Shown here in pieces: positions 19,041 to 27,160 of a DNA stretch of 27,160 nucleotides. Every line of letters starts with the position of its first letter. Position 1 is the stretch's first letter. Source of the stretch: a virus (taxonomy: Duplodnaviria; Heunggongvirae; Uroviricota; Caudoviricetes); IMG/VR virus record IMGVR_UViG_2778261088_000006; one strand, given 5' to 3'. Both the position numbers and the translations under genes were made by a program. Below the pieces are notes generated by a model, which worked only from the letters and a program-made list of their open reading frames with translations, did not search any database and had not been told where the DNA came from.

Positions 19041-22017
19041 TATTTAGCTCCTTTGCCACACCTAATAACAGTTCCAGCAATCCGTCACCATTCATCAGTG
19101 ATGCGGCAGCGGCCTCTTTGTCATGATACAACTGAAGAGCCATAGAGAATACTTCCGTTGCTGACGTTTTGGAAATAGTCGGTGATTTCTGCCGAATTTT
19201 CCCTGAGTTACTCACTGAGACTGGCGGGTATACCTTCGCCATATAAATATTACTCAATCGAGATCTGAAGCACCATTCAGGCTTGCCACGCCCACCGATA
19301 TTGACGAATGATGGCTTATCCCCTTCAACATTGGCCTTCAGGAATGACCGGGCTTTCTCTAACAAACCAGGGTTACTGTACTCAAGATGATGACCCAGCT
19401 CGTGCCACAGTGCACTTGCATTTTCATCGTTCAAATTGACAGCAACAACACCATTTAGATTTGCATATGCCCTTCCCTGGTGGTGAATCACCTTTGATAA
19501 GGTCGATATTTTCCCGCCGGTCAGGCGATAAATATCAGCAAGTTCCTTGCGCAGGTCTATCCCACCATTCTGTCCAGCGCGGGCTTCTTCCACTTCTTCC
19601 GTGATAAAAGAGTCGGCCCACTCAAGAGCTTTTTCTTCAGATACGGATGAGTTGGCGATCGCACTGTTCATGGCAGATAACACTTTCTCGTGGACCGAAC
19701 CCATACTTCGCTGATTCATTTGCCAGCGTGTCTGCGGGTTATATGAGAATCGCTTAAGTAGTTGGTCAAGCTGCTCAAGTTCTTCTTCACTGACATACTT
19801 TTTAGCCTCACCAATAATGCCAGGGAGAATATTGCCGTTAGGATTAAACGCTCGCGAAAGGAAGAGTTTCAGCGCCCCCATGCCCTCCGATGCTTCAATA
19901 TCACCAATAACCCGGTTAACAATGGCCGCACTCTTCGGATTAGCATCCGCCAACGCTCTGGCTACGATTTGCAGGGACGATACGACCTCACGCTGCATAT
20001 CAGTCCTGATCTCATCAATAAACTCTGGCGTTATGCCGTGCTCTTGAAGGATATCCCGGCCTTCCGCCGTTACCCCATCGATATCACCGACATGTTTATT
20101 AACACGACTTTGCAATGCCTTAAATGCCTTCAGAATTCCACGGGCATCATCCGCTTTACTAACGGCCTTCCTGAATGCTGGCAAGAAGTCTGAGTTAACC
20201 TCATTTTGTTGATCGGCCCACTGAATGGAGGCTTCTTTCATCTCGTCCAGAGTCAGATCACCCAACGCGGTATGGTCTGTGAATATGAGCGACAACCTCT
20301 GAACCATTTCTGCCAATGGTGATGCCGAATGCGCCGCGCTAAGGAATGCTTTCACCCTGGTTGGGCGAATGGAAAACCAGTCAATAGCTGGTGGCATATC
20401 TCCGTTTTTTATCGCCTGCGCTATCTCGTCAAAGCCATCGCGCCCAAGGGAGGATGCGTGATTTAACAAGCCGCGAAGTAACGAATTGCTGATACCGAAT
20501 AATCGGCACCATTTTTTCACGTCGGCAACAGGCATTCGAACAAAATGCGCAAGCACTTGTACAAGCTGTTCATCCTGGGGATCTGTACGGGAAAGCAGCC
20601 TGATCAGATGAATAATGTCTTTGATGCCGGATGCCCGATGTAATAGCAAACTGGTATATGGAGCAACACCATTGTAACTACCGCCGGAAACGGACTCGAA
20701 AAGACCGCCGGATATCCCTTGCATGCCTTCGTTTTCCAGTTCCTGAGACACCTGGCGAAGGATATCCTGTAACGACACATCACCACCGCCAAACATATCC
20801 CCCAGCGCCTGGCCCTGGTGCTGTAACTCATCATTGATACGTTGAGCCATCAACTTAAAGGCGGTGGCCATACGCTTCGCGCTACGGTTATTCGCGACGA
20901 TGAACAACGCGAGTGCTTTCACTTCCGGGGCCGTTTCGCTGAACATATCCCCCTGAGCAATAACATCGGTAATATGCTGGCCTGACTCCTTCGATTGCCT
21001 TACCAGGTCTACCGCATCTTTCAATGCCGCCAGCGCCTTTTTATCGAGGCTATCCGCTGTCTCAATGCCATCAACAATAGTTGTCACAGCCTGCTTGTGC
21101 GCTTCTCCTGATAAAGCCTGCATCTGGACAAAATCATTGGCTGCCGCATTAAGCGCCGTCAGAACATTACGCATATCCGGATCAGGTTCTTCTGCAACCA
21201 TCCTTACCAGGCGCGCATCCTTATATGCCTTGGCAAAGATCGCGTTTTGTATACGGTCAACAAGTTGCCGCGTTGGTCGCCCATCTTCCGTTACAAGGCC
21301 AGCCGCCTGTGTGGCACCAACTTGCGTCATAAATCCGCGAATAAACGCGTCATTACTGCGGCTAAGCAGATCTCCGCTTTCTGACGGGTTAAAAAGCGCC
21401 ATCATCGCCGGTGTTATGCTGTCGGCATCAACAAAAGCCTTTTCACTGGCTGCCATTTCCTGAAGATCAGAAATATTTGAGTCCTTGGCAAACTGAACGC
21501 GGTCAACCTTGGTTAACCGGCGGCGCACCAGTACCGGAGCCGTCATTGATTCAACCTTTTCAGGTCGTATGCCGAATTCGGTCGCATGATCAATCAGGTA
21601 CTCACGATACCGATCCGCATTGCCGTCCTGATAGGCTTTGATGATCCCCATGGTCCGTCCATTACCTGACTCAACGGCATTGTCCTCACCAATTATCGGC
21701 GCACCATGGCTGGATAAACCGGAATCAGTAAGCTGAGCAGGCCGCAAATCTTTGGATATCTGGTTAACCTGAAGAAGGCTGGATGCGCGGGTCCGGTCGC
21801 GCGGCTGAAGTTCCTGGGGATAGTCAGGATTAATTTTCCCATCCAGAGTATTGGATACCAAAAGAGCTGAGGCATCGACGATATCAAACGCTGTTTTTAC
21901 CTCGTCTCCCTTCGCTGTCACCACATACGAAACCCGCCCATAACCGGGCAGGTTCTTTAGCAGCTCGATCAGCGTTTCTATGCTGGTGGCCATTACCACC
22001 TGATCGCTTAAGCTCAT
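19030..22017 (-). CDS. ddrB: Large protein of the darA operon (995 aa), P1 DdrB-like
   Basis: Large ORF downstream of darA-like and ddrA-like genes on the same strand; size agrees with my recollection of P1 DdrB (about 108 kDa). Assigned by synteny and size. Confidence 0.7.
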   Translation of the reverse strand: MSLSDQVVMATSIETLIELLKNLPGYGRVSYVVTAKGDEVKTAFDIVDASALLVSNTLDGKINPDYPQELQPRDRTRASSLLQVNQISKDLRPAQLTDSGLSSHGAPIIGEDNAVESGNGRTMGIIKAYQDGNADRYREYLIDHATEFGIRPEKVESMTAPVLVRRRLTKVDRVQFAKDSNISDLQEMAASEKAFVDADSITPAMMALFNPSESGDLLSRSNDAFIRGFMTQVGATQAAGLVTEDGRPTRQLVDRIQNAIFAKAYKDARLVRMVAEEPDPDMRNVLTALNAAANDFVQMQALSGEAHKQAVTTIVDGIETADSLDKKALAALKDAVDLVRQSKESGQHITDVIAQGDMFSETAPEVKALALFIVANNRSAKRMATAFKLMAQRINDELQHQGQALGDMFGGGDVSLQDILRQVSQELENEGMQGISGGLFESVSGGSYNGVAPYTSLLLHRASGIKDIIHLIRLLSRTDPQDEQLVQVLAHFVRMPVADVKKWCRLFGISNSLLRGLLNHASSLGRDGFDEIAQAIKNGDMPPAIDWFSIRPTRVKAFLSAAHSASPLAEMVQRLSLIFTDHTALGDLTLDEMKEASIQWADQQNEVNSDFLPAFRKAVSKADDARGILKAFKALQSRVNKHVGDIDGVTAEGRDILQEHGITPEFIDEIRTDMQREVVSSLQIVARALADANPKSAAIVNRVIGDIEASEGMGALKLFLSRAFNPNGNILPGIIGEAKKYVSEEELEQLDQLLKRFSYNPQTRWQMNQRSMGSVHEKVLSAMNSAIANSSVSEEKALEWADSFITEEVEEARAGQNGGIDLRKELADIYRLTGGKISTLSKVIHHQGRAYANLNGVVAVNLNDENASALWHELGHHLEYSNPGLLEKARSFLKANVEGDKPSFVNIGGRGKPEWCFRSRLSNIYMAKVYPPVSVSNSGKIRQKSPTISKTSATEVFSMALQLYHDKEAAAASLMNGDGLLELLLGVAKELNNAD

Positions 22018-22029
22018 CCCTGTTACGCC

Positions 22030-22395
22030 TTATGCTGCCTCTTTAATGTTGGCGGCTATCCATGCCGCCGTGTGCTGTTTAACCTGGTCCAGGTCGATGT
22101 ATGTGCCAACATATTGACTCAAATCCTGCAAGGTACCGATAAATGCATCGGTGCTCTGATCGACGAATTTATCAGCCAGGAAATCAGCAACCAGTTTTGG
22201 CACACCATCATGTACCGAAGGTTGTTTTTCCTCGCCACTACTGCCGCCGGACACACCGTACCCCATCTGTTGCATGATCTGGTCAATTTCATCGCTGATA
22301 TCCAGCAACTCCATGCCACTCGCGGTAGCCGCTTTGGACATCAAAGCATCCAACTTATCGCTGAGATCCATTAACTCAATAGCTGATAGTGTCAT
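22030..22395 (-). CDS. ddrA: Small protein (121 aa), P1 DdrA-like
   Basis: ORF between darA-like and ddrB-like genes, overlapping the darA stop by 4 nt. Assigned by synteny. Confidence 0.55.
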   Translation of the reverse strand: MTLSAIELMDLSDKLDALMSKAATASGMELLDISDEIDQIMQQMGYGVSGGSSGEEKQPSVHDGVPKLVADFLADKFVDQSTDAFIGTLQDLSQYVGTYIDLDQVKQHTAAWIAANIKEAA

Positions 22396-24311
22396 GCCGC
22401 TACCCCCGCTTTCTGGATTGCTACCAGCAGATCAGCCAAGTGGCGAGCAGCGCCATTAACCAGCTCTTCGTTTTCCTCAAAACGCCCGGCAGCCTGAAGG
22501 GCTGCAATCGCTTCCCGGACATTACCCCGGGCGTTACGGATCTCCGCCATGTCAGTGCTTTGCATATCCATCACGTTATTGAGATATTCAATGGCTTTAT
22601 TAGCCTCTGCATCTGCTTCGCTAACCGTTTCATCAGGCTGTGCCGGGGCAGGTTCTGGCTGAGTAATCTCACCGACTTCGGCCTGCAATGCATTGATCAT
22701 GCTCTGCACCATTTTCTCGGTGCCAGCGCCCCCCGGAAACGCAATATTGGGGAAAGTTTTTTGAAACTGAGTTTTCAGCATTACGCGGAACTCGTCTGGT
22801 GAGCTGGTGGCCAGCTCCAGAGCTTTTTGTGCATATTTGCCAAACGGACCATTAGTAAGTGTCTTCGCCAGGAAGTCGAAAGAATCCTCGCGAGGCAATA
22901 ACTTCAGGTCGTACTCACTCATTTGCTGATCAGAAAGCGGGGTATCGTAAGTAGCAATGCCGTAGCGTGCATATTCATAATACGGGTCACCTTCATCAGG
23001 GCGCGGCAGAATTGCTTTGTTACCTTCAGGTATTGCGCCAGGGGCCGCCGGACGCATTTGCAGGGCATATCGATATGCACCTACAGAGACTTCTGGTTCA
23101 GGCGAAGAGCTACCGGTATCCTCCGCTGGTTCAGGTTCGACGTTTTCCGGTTTATGTTCTTCTGGTTGGACCAGGTATTCCGATACATTACCCGCTTTAT
23201 AGGCTTTAAACAGCTTGCCGATCGCATCTGCCATGTCCACACCCTGTATGGATTTAGCCTTGATCATGTACACGCTGCCATCCGAATCGGTTAACTGGAT
23301 ATACCCTTCGCCGTCCTCAATGAATTGCTTCATTGATGCACCATTACTGAGCGTCACTTCCCCGTTCATATGCATACGATTTTTGATACTGGCAAGGCGA
23401 TCCGTCATCGCGCGAGAGTGTCCACCAGTCATCCCCGCAGGAGCAATGGTATCGCGCCCACCAGTGCGATTGAGCTGATCAATCTCCGTCTGCAAACGCT
23501 CATTCTCTTCATAAAGAGAATCCGCTTCCGATGCAACAGCGTTAATTTTCTGCTCCAGATCTACCTTCTGCCCTTCTACCGCTGCCACCTGATCCACGAG
23601 GTCGCTCATGGCATCCTCTTTCTGGTCACTGTCAGCCTGTAGTTGGGTTATTTCATCAACAAGGGCTTTTTTCTTCTTCTGCGCACGCTGAAATTTTGCC
23701 GAGTTTTTCTCTGCAAGGTTGGCAAGTTTCATGGTGACCTGCGCCAGCGTCATATCACGTCCACTCATCGGAGCAACGGTGTGAGTAACGTCTTTTTTAT
23801 TCAGTAAGAACTGGAAAGCAACCAGCGTATCGCTATTGGTGATCCGGTTTTCCGCTGTCGGGCTATGAAACAGAATGCTGATAGTCTGACCATCACTGAG
23901 CGGAATAATGGCTGGCAGGACCGGCAGCCCGTTAACGTTACGTGCCCGGCCAATTTCAGCACCGCCGATCGCGCGCGCGCCGCTCTGGGCCACATCCCCC
24001 GTTTTATCACTCCCCGCAGAGATTCCGGTACCATTCAGCTTCTGGTTCAATGCCCGGACAAATGCCTGCATGGTCCGGTGTAACTGCAAACGAGTAGAAC
24101 TAATCGCCTCCAGTAAATCCGTAGCACACCAGTGGATCGGCGTGTCATAGAAGAACGTAGCCTCGATTTCCTCCAGGGTGTTGGATTCCGTCATCAGATA
24201 GCGGTCCTCACCGGCCATTAATGCGCGATATTCATCATCAGTCACTGGCGGGGGAAGCACGTCAAGCCCAGGCTTGATCGTCACCCCTTTATTGATATTG
24301 AACTGTTCCAT
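22392..24311 (-). CDS. darA: Virion-associated antirestriction / head protein (639 aa), P1 DarA-like
   Basis: 639-aa ORF with a central coiled-coil segment, flanked by lysis genes and hdf upstream and ddrA/ddrB downstream, matching the P1 darA operon as I recall it. Confidence 0.75.
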   Translation of the reverse strand: MEQFNINKGVTIKPGLDVLPPPVTDDEYRALMAGEDRYLMTESNTLEEIEATFFYDTPIHWCATDLLEAISSTRLQLHRTMQAFVRALNQKLNGTGISAGSDKTGDVAQSGARAIGGAEIGRARNVNGLPVLPAIIPLSDGQTISILFHSPTAENRITNSDTLVAFQFLLNKKDVTHTVAPMSGRDMTLAQVTMKLANLAEKNSAKFQRAQKKKKALVDEITQLQADSDQKEDAMSDLVDQVAAVEGQKVDLEQKINAVASEADSLYEENERLQTEIDQLNRTGGRDTIAPAGMTGGHSRAMTDRLASIKNRMHMNGEVTLSNGASMKQFIEDGEGYIQLTDSDGSVYMIKAKSIQGVDMADAIGKLFKAYKAGNVSEYLVQPEEHKPENVEPEPAEDTGSSSPEPEVSVGAYRYALQMRPAAPGAIPEGNKAILPRPDEGDPYYEYARYGIATYDTPLSDQQMSEYDLKLLPREDSFDFLAKTLTNGPFGKYAQKALELATSSPDEFRVMLKTQFQKTFPNIAFPGGAGTEKMVQSMINALQAEVGEITQPEPAPAQPDETVSEADAEANKAIEYLNNVMDMQSTDMAEIRNARGNVREAIAALQAAGRFEENEELVNGAARHLADLLVAIQKAGVAA

Positions 24312-24312
24312 G

Positions 24313-24924
24313 TTAATTTCCTGCTTTCAGTTGCTTAAGACGGCGTTTGAGTTCGCCATTTCGGGCCTTTTCGTTATTGAGTCGGCCTGTCTCCTTATCC
24401 AGCTTCGCCCGCAAATCAGTGATCTGCTGTTGATTGAAAGACACCGAGTTCTGCGCTGATTTATAAGCGGCAACCACCTGAGCATTCCGCTGTTTTGCCT
24501 CTTGCAGGCGCTGAAAGTTGGATTTTACTGCCGGTTTCTTGTCTACCGGATTGGCAACACGTTTCGCTTTGGCGATCAGTGATTTCTGGAATTTTGCGGA
24601 GTTTTTGCGGGCCGCTTGCCCCATGACGGTACCAAGCGTCTTGATATCCGGCGACTGAGCGTTAGGAATAGCTTTTCCATTCAGCCTCACAGACGATATA
24701 TCGCCAGTATCGTTTACCTGTATGGCAAGAATTTGTCCGTCGTTAAGAACCAGCTTTGCGGTTTTAACTTTAACGCCATCTTTCGTTGTTGCGCGGTTGC
24801 TGGAGTCAACCTCAATTACCGTAACACCGGTTTTATTGATCGCCGCGATAAGGGATTTCAGCCCCTTTTCATTAACCTGGTCAAAATCGACCGTTGCATA
24901 CTTATTTTTCGTCATCTGACACAT
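24313..24924 (-). CDS. hdf: Protein immediately upstream of darA (203 aa), P1 Hdf-like
   Basis: Stop lies 1 nt before the darA start. Lys-rich with a C-terminal coiled coil. Assigned by synteny. Confidence 0.6.
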   Translation of the reverse strand: MCQMTKNKYATVDFDQVNEKGLKSLIAAINKTGVTVIEVDSSNRATTKDGVKVKTAKLVLNDGQILAIQVNDTGDISSVRLNGKAIPNAQSPDIKTLGTVMGQAARKNSAKFQKSLIAKAKRVANPVDKKPAVKSNFQRLQEAKQRNAQVVAAYKSAQNSVSFNQQQITDLRAKLDKETGRLNNEKARNGELKRRLKQLKAGN

Positions 24925-25345
24925 CCTGTGCGAGATTTATTACGTAACTTCTGCGGATTTGCTGAGTAACAGGGAAAATCCGATACAACGGGTTAATGAA
25001 CGAGTCGCCATGCGTAACCATGACGTTGAAATGCCACAGTCGCTCTCCTTTACCCATATATTCAGTGGGTATGTACAACCATTCACTGTTTTCGCCCTGT
25101 TCAGCCGACGTCAAACAACGTTGTTCGCCTTCAATCACTGTCGTCGGCTTCTGAACATCGCGGATCCAATATCTGACCGTTGCGCCGCGCAAAAACGGGA
25201 ATTTAGACCGGTATTTGAACGGCACCCGGATGAAACCCGGTTTAATTTCCACATCACCAAGTTCTAAATGCGTGATGTCCTTGCGTTTTAGCAAATAGCG
25301 ATCGGCTAAGGCTAACGCAAGAACGCATACACCCCAGCCAATCAT
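24902..25345 (-). CDS. lydB: Putative antiholin (147 aa), P1 LydB-like
   Basis: Overlaps the upstream holin-like gene by 4 nt; N-terminal hydrophobic segment. Assigned by synteny with P1 lydA-lydB. Confidence 0.55.
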   Translation of the reverse strand: MIGWGVCVLALALADRYLLKRKDITHLELGDVEIKPGFIRVPFKYRSKFPFLRGATVRYWIRDVQKPTTVIEGEQRCLTSAEQGENSEWLYIPTEYMGKGERLWHFNVMVTHGDSFINPLYRIFPVTQQIRRSYVINLAQDVSDDEK

Positions 25346-25671
25346 TTCCCGCCTCCCTTTTTCACCAAACTTGTAAGAACATTCAGAATGCTATCGATAT
25401 TCACTCGTTTCATCCCTGAAATCACCTCATGACCGTTATTGCTGGCTATCGTTACCATTAAGTACGTAATTGATAACTCCCAGCCCTCGTGTTGCCCCAA
25501 TAGGTACGCCACCGCGCCAGCTGTCACTGCAACAAAGATCTCCGTAACCAATCCCAACAAATTGCCAGACTGGCGACCGTCTCGGACATCCATCAGGAAC
25601 GTGCCTATCCCACCAATTACTGAAAGCAGGAGCGCAATAGCAACTGGAGCTAATTCCTGTGTGTCAAGCAC
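25342..25671 (-). CDS. lydA: Putative holin (109 aa), P1 LydA-like
   Basis: GTG start with AGGAGG ribosome-binding site 6 nt upstream; two or three predicted transmembrane segments (VAIALLLSVIGGIGTFLM, LGLVTEIFVAVTAGAVAYLL); charged C-terminus. Confidence 0.6.
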   Translation of the reverse strand: MLDTQELAPVAIALLLSVIGGIGTFLMDVRDGRQSGNLLGLVTEIFVAVTAGAVAYLLGQHEGWELSITYLMVTIASNNGHEVISGMKRVNIDSILNVLTSLVKKGGGK

Positions 25672-25745
25672 AAGTTCCCTCCTACGTTGTCAGGAGGTAA
25701 TGGTATGCAAAGTAACTTCTCAACCGGTTATGTTGCATAAGAGAC

Positions 25746-26009
25746 TTACCTATTCAACCGACTTTTGGAACCTTCAATAATAAGCCTGCTATTGGCGCTG
25801 AAAATAAGAACCATGCAGCTCTGAAGGCTTTCATTCATGTCCTTATATTCCGCGAGATACATGCCAATAAAGCCAGCAAGTACGGCGGAAATACATTCGG
25901 CCAGCAATTTCTTGCATGAAGACTCGTAACGGTTTTCACATAGCCCACTCAAATACGAATACACCCCACCAAGAAGGGATAACATCACGATATGTACATA
26001 AAATGTCAT
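25746..26009 (-). CDS. Small membrane protein (87 aa) upstream of the holin gene
   Basis: ATG at 26007-26009; hydrophobic segments (VHIVMLSLLGGVYSYL, AVLAGFIGMYLA). Possibly a further lysis-control gene; not assigned. Confidence 0.45.
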   Translation of the reverse strand: MTFYVHIVMLSLLGGVYSYLSGLCENRYESSCKKLLAECISAVLAGFIGMYLAEYKDMNESLQSCMVLIFSANSRLIIEGSKSRLNR

Positions 26010-26136
26010 TTTTTACCTATACAACAGTAAGTTGAACAACATTTGAGAACGGTATGCACTTTGTGATTTCCACACACACTGGTTTTGTTAATTAAAACCT
26101 GTAGCTTGCAATAAATAACGATAGTGGGCAGAAAAT

Positions 26137-26322
26137 ATGCTAATAGGCTATGTACGCATATAGACAAATGAACAAAACACAGCTATGCAGTGAAAAGCAC
26201 TTGAAAGCGCAGGATGTGAGCTAATTTTTGCGAATAAGGCGAGCAGCAAAAAAGCTGGGCACCCTGGGTTAAAAAAGGTTCTGCGTATGCTTTCCAGAGG
26301 TGATACCCTAGTCTCGGACTAG
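26137..26322 (+). pseudogene. Decayed 5' fragment of a Hin/Gin/Cin-type DNA invertase gene with in-frame stops
   Basis: Translation MLIGYVRI-stop-TNEQNTAMQ-stop-KALESAGCELIFANKASSKKAGHPGLKKVLRMLSRGDTLVSD-stop aligns with the cin product in this window (MQIGYIRVSTNDQNTDLQRNALNCAGCELIFEDKISGTKSARPGLKKLLRTLSEGDTLV). Stops at 26161 and 26188; similarity ends near 26313. Confidence 0.55.
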
Positions 26323-26444
26323 GGACAACATTTCGAGAACAGTTTTCATTAGCGGTCAGCAGGCGCTAGATACATCGAATTGATGTGCCGCGCGATAAAT
26401 GTACCTATTCTATCAAGATAAATTACACCGACGCGGCATTAGAA

Positions 26445-27017
26445 TTACAGCTCAGATTGAGTTTGGCGCTTCTCTACAGGATGATAACGATAAATCGTCG
26501 ATACACCGATATCGTAAATAATTGCCAACTGTTTCCTGCTGTAGCCATTTTCGATCAACCTCGCTATTTGCTCATGTTGTTCTTTTGTCAACTTCGGGCG
26601 ACGTCCGCCAATGCGTCCCTGTTCGCGTGCAGCTGCCAGTCCGGCCAGTGTTCTCTCAACAATTAATTCACGTTCCATTTCTGCTAAAGCACCCATGACA
26701 TGAAAAAAGAAACGCCCCATGGGTGTTGATGTGTCAATACTGTCTGTCAGACTACGGAAATTAACACCTTTTTCCCGCAACTCCTCTATAAGCGTGATAA
26801 GGTGTTTCATACTTCTGCCAAGCCTATCCAGCTTCCAGACAACCAGCGTATCTCCTTCTGATAACGTTCTGAGCAGCTTTTTCAAGCCTGGTCTGGCTGA
26901 CTTTGTTCCGCTTATTTTATCTTCAAAAATCAGTTCACATCCTGCGCAGTTCAGTGCATTTCTTTGTAAATCTGTGTTTTGGTCATTTGTTGACACACGA
27001 ATGTAGCCAATTTGCAT
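26445..27017 (-). CDS. cin: Site-specific DNA invertase (serine recombinase), P1 Cin-like
   Basis: Translation from the ATG at 27017 begins MQIGYIRVSTNDQNTDLQRNAL... with the Hin/Gin/Cin catalytic motif, the conserved LVVWKLDRLGRS and a C-terminal helix-turn-helix region (GYSRKQLAIIYDIGVSTIYRY). The ORF track starts 9 nt earlier at a TTG. A cix-like site and tail-fibre coding sequence follow. Confidence 0.9.
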   Translation of the reverse strand: MQIGYIRVSTNDQNTDLQRNALNCAGCELIFEDKISGTKSARPGLKKLLRTLSEGDTLVVWKLDRLGRSMKHLITLIEELREKGVNFRSLTDSIDTSTPMGRFFFHVMGALAEMERELIVERTLAGLAAAREQGRIGGRRPKLTKEQHEQIARLIENGYSRKQLAIIYDIGVSTIYRYHPVEKRQTQSEL

Positions 27018-27069
27018 GAAAAACAACCTCTTTGTTTAGTTAAAAATACATCGTTGGTATAGGTAGGGA

Positions 27070-27097
27070 TTAAGACTAAAACGTTGGTTTAGGGGAA
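27070..27097. promoter_or_regulatory. cix-like inversion crossover site
   Basis: TTAAGACTAAAACGTTGGTTTAGGGGAA: imperfect dyad with half-sites resembling hix/gix (TTATCAAAAACC), about 50 bp from the cin start. Exact boundaries uncertain. Confidence 0.35.
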
Positions 27098-27160
27098 GGC
27101 TCGGCGCTGCCCGTTGGTGTGCCTGTTCCGTGGCCCTCCGCCACACCACCAACGGGGTGG
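27092..27160 (+). CDS. Start of a tail-fibre variable segment inside the invertible region (partial; continues beyond window end)
   Basis: Open frame GEGSALPVGVPVPWPSATPPTGW beginning at the cix-like site; a PxPWP...P.GW stretch is, as I recall, conserved at the constant/variable junction of Mu/P1/P2-type tail fibres. Confidence 0.3.

Noticed and set aside
19762-21641. Plus-strand ORFs antisense within the ddrB-like gene (e.g. 19762..20193, 21065..21463)
   Set aside because: Nested antisense frames inside a 995-aa ORF that fits operon context; no supporting signals.
22923-24150. Plus-strand ORFs antisense within the darA-like gene
   Set aside because: Nested antisense frames; the minus-strand frame is continuous and in operon context.

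Overview
Mosaic window in three parts; the most interesting candidate is an intact RelA/SpoT-domain gene in an AT-rich island. All identifications are from reading the sequence and recalled family knowledge; no database search was run. (1) 1-3229, visibly GC-rich: the right end of IS26 abutting a Tn3-family transposon remnant (tnpR cut after 36 codons, res region, intact 961-aa tnpA, 38-bp terminal inverted repeat). (2) 3230-4830, visibly AT-rich: a 3' gene remnant cut by the transposon, then an intact 378-aa RelA/SpoT-domain gene resembling fused toxSAS (CapRel-like) anti-phage proteins. (3) 4831-27160: backbone syntenic with phage P1, so probably a P1-like phage-plasmid: lxc-ulx-darB (2255-aa methyltransferase-helicase), portal and protease, SAR endolysin lyz, ssb, an unassigned translationally coupled two-gene operon, the darA operon (lydA, lydB, hdf, darA, ddrA, ddrB), a decayed invertase fragment, cin, a cix-like site and the first codons of the invertible tail-fibre segment. 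P1 gene symbols beyond darB, lyz, ssb and cin are assigned by order and recalled protein sizes and are less certain. No rRNA, tRNA or CRISPR array recognised.
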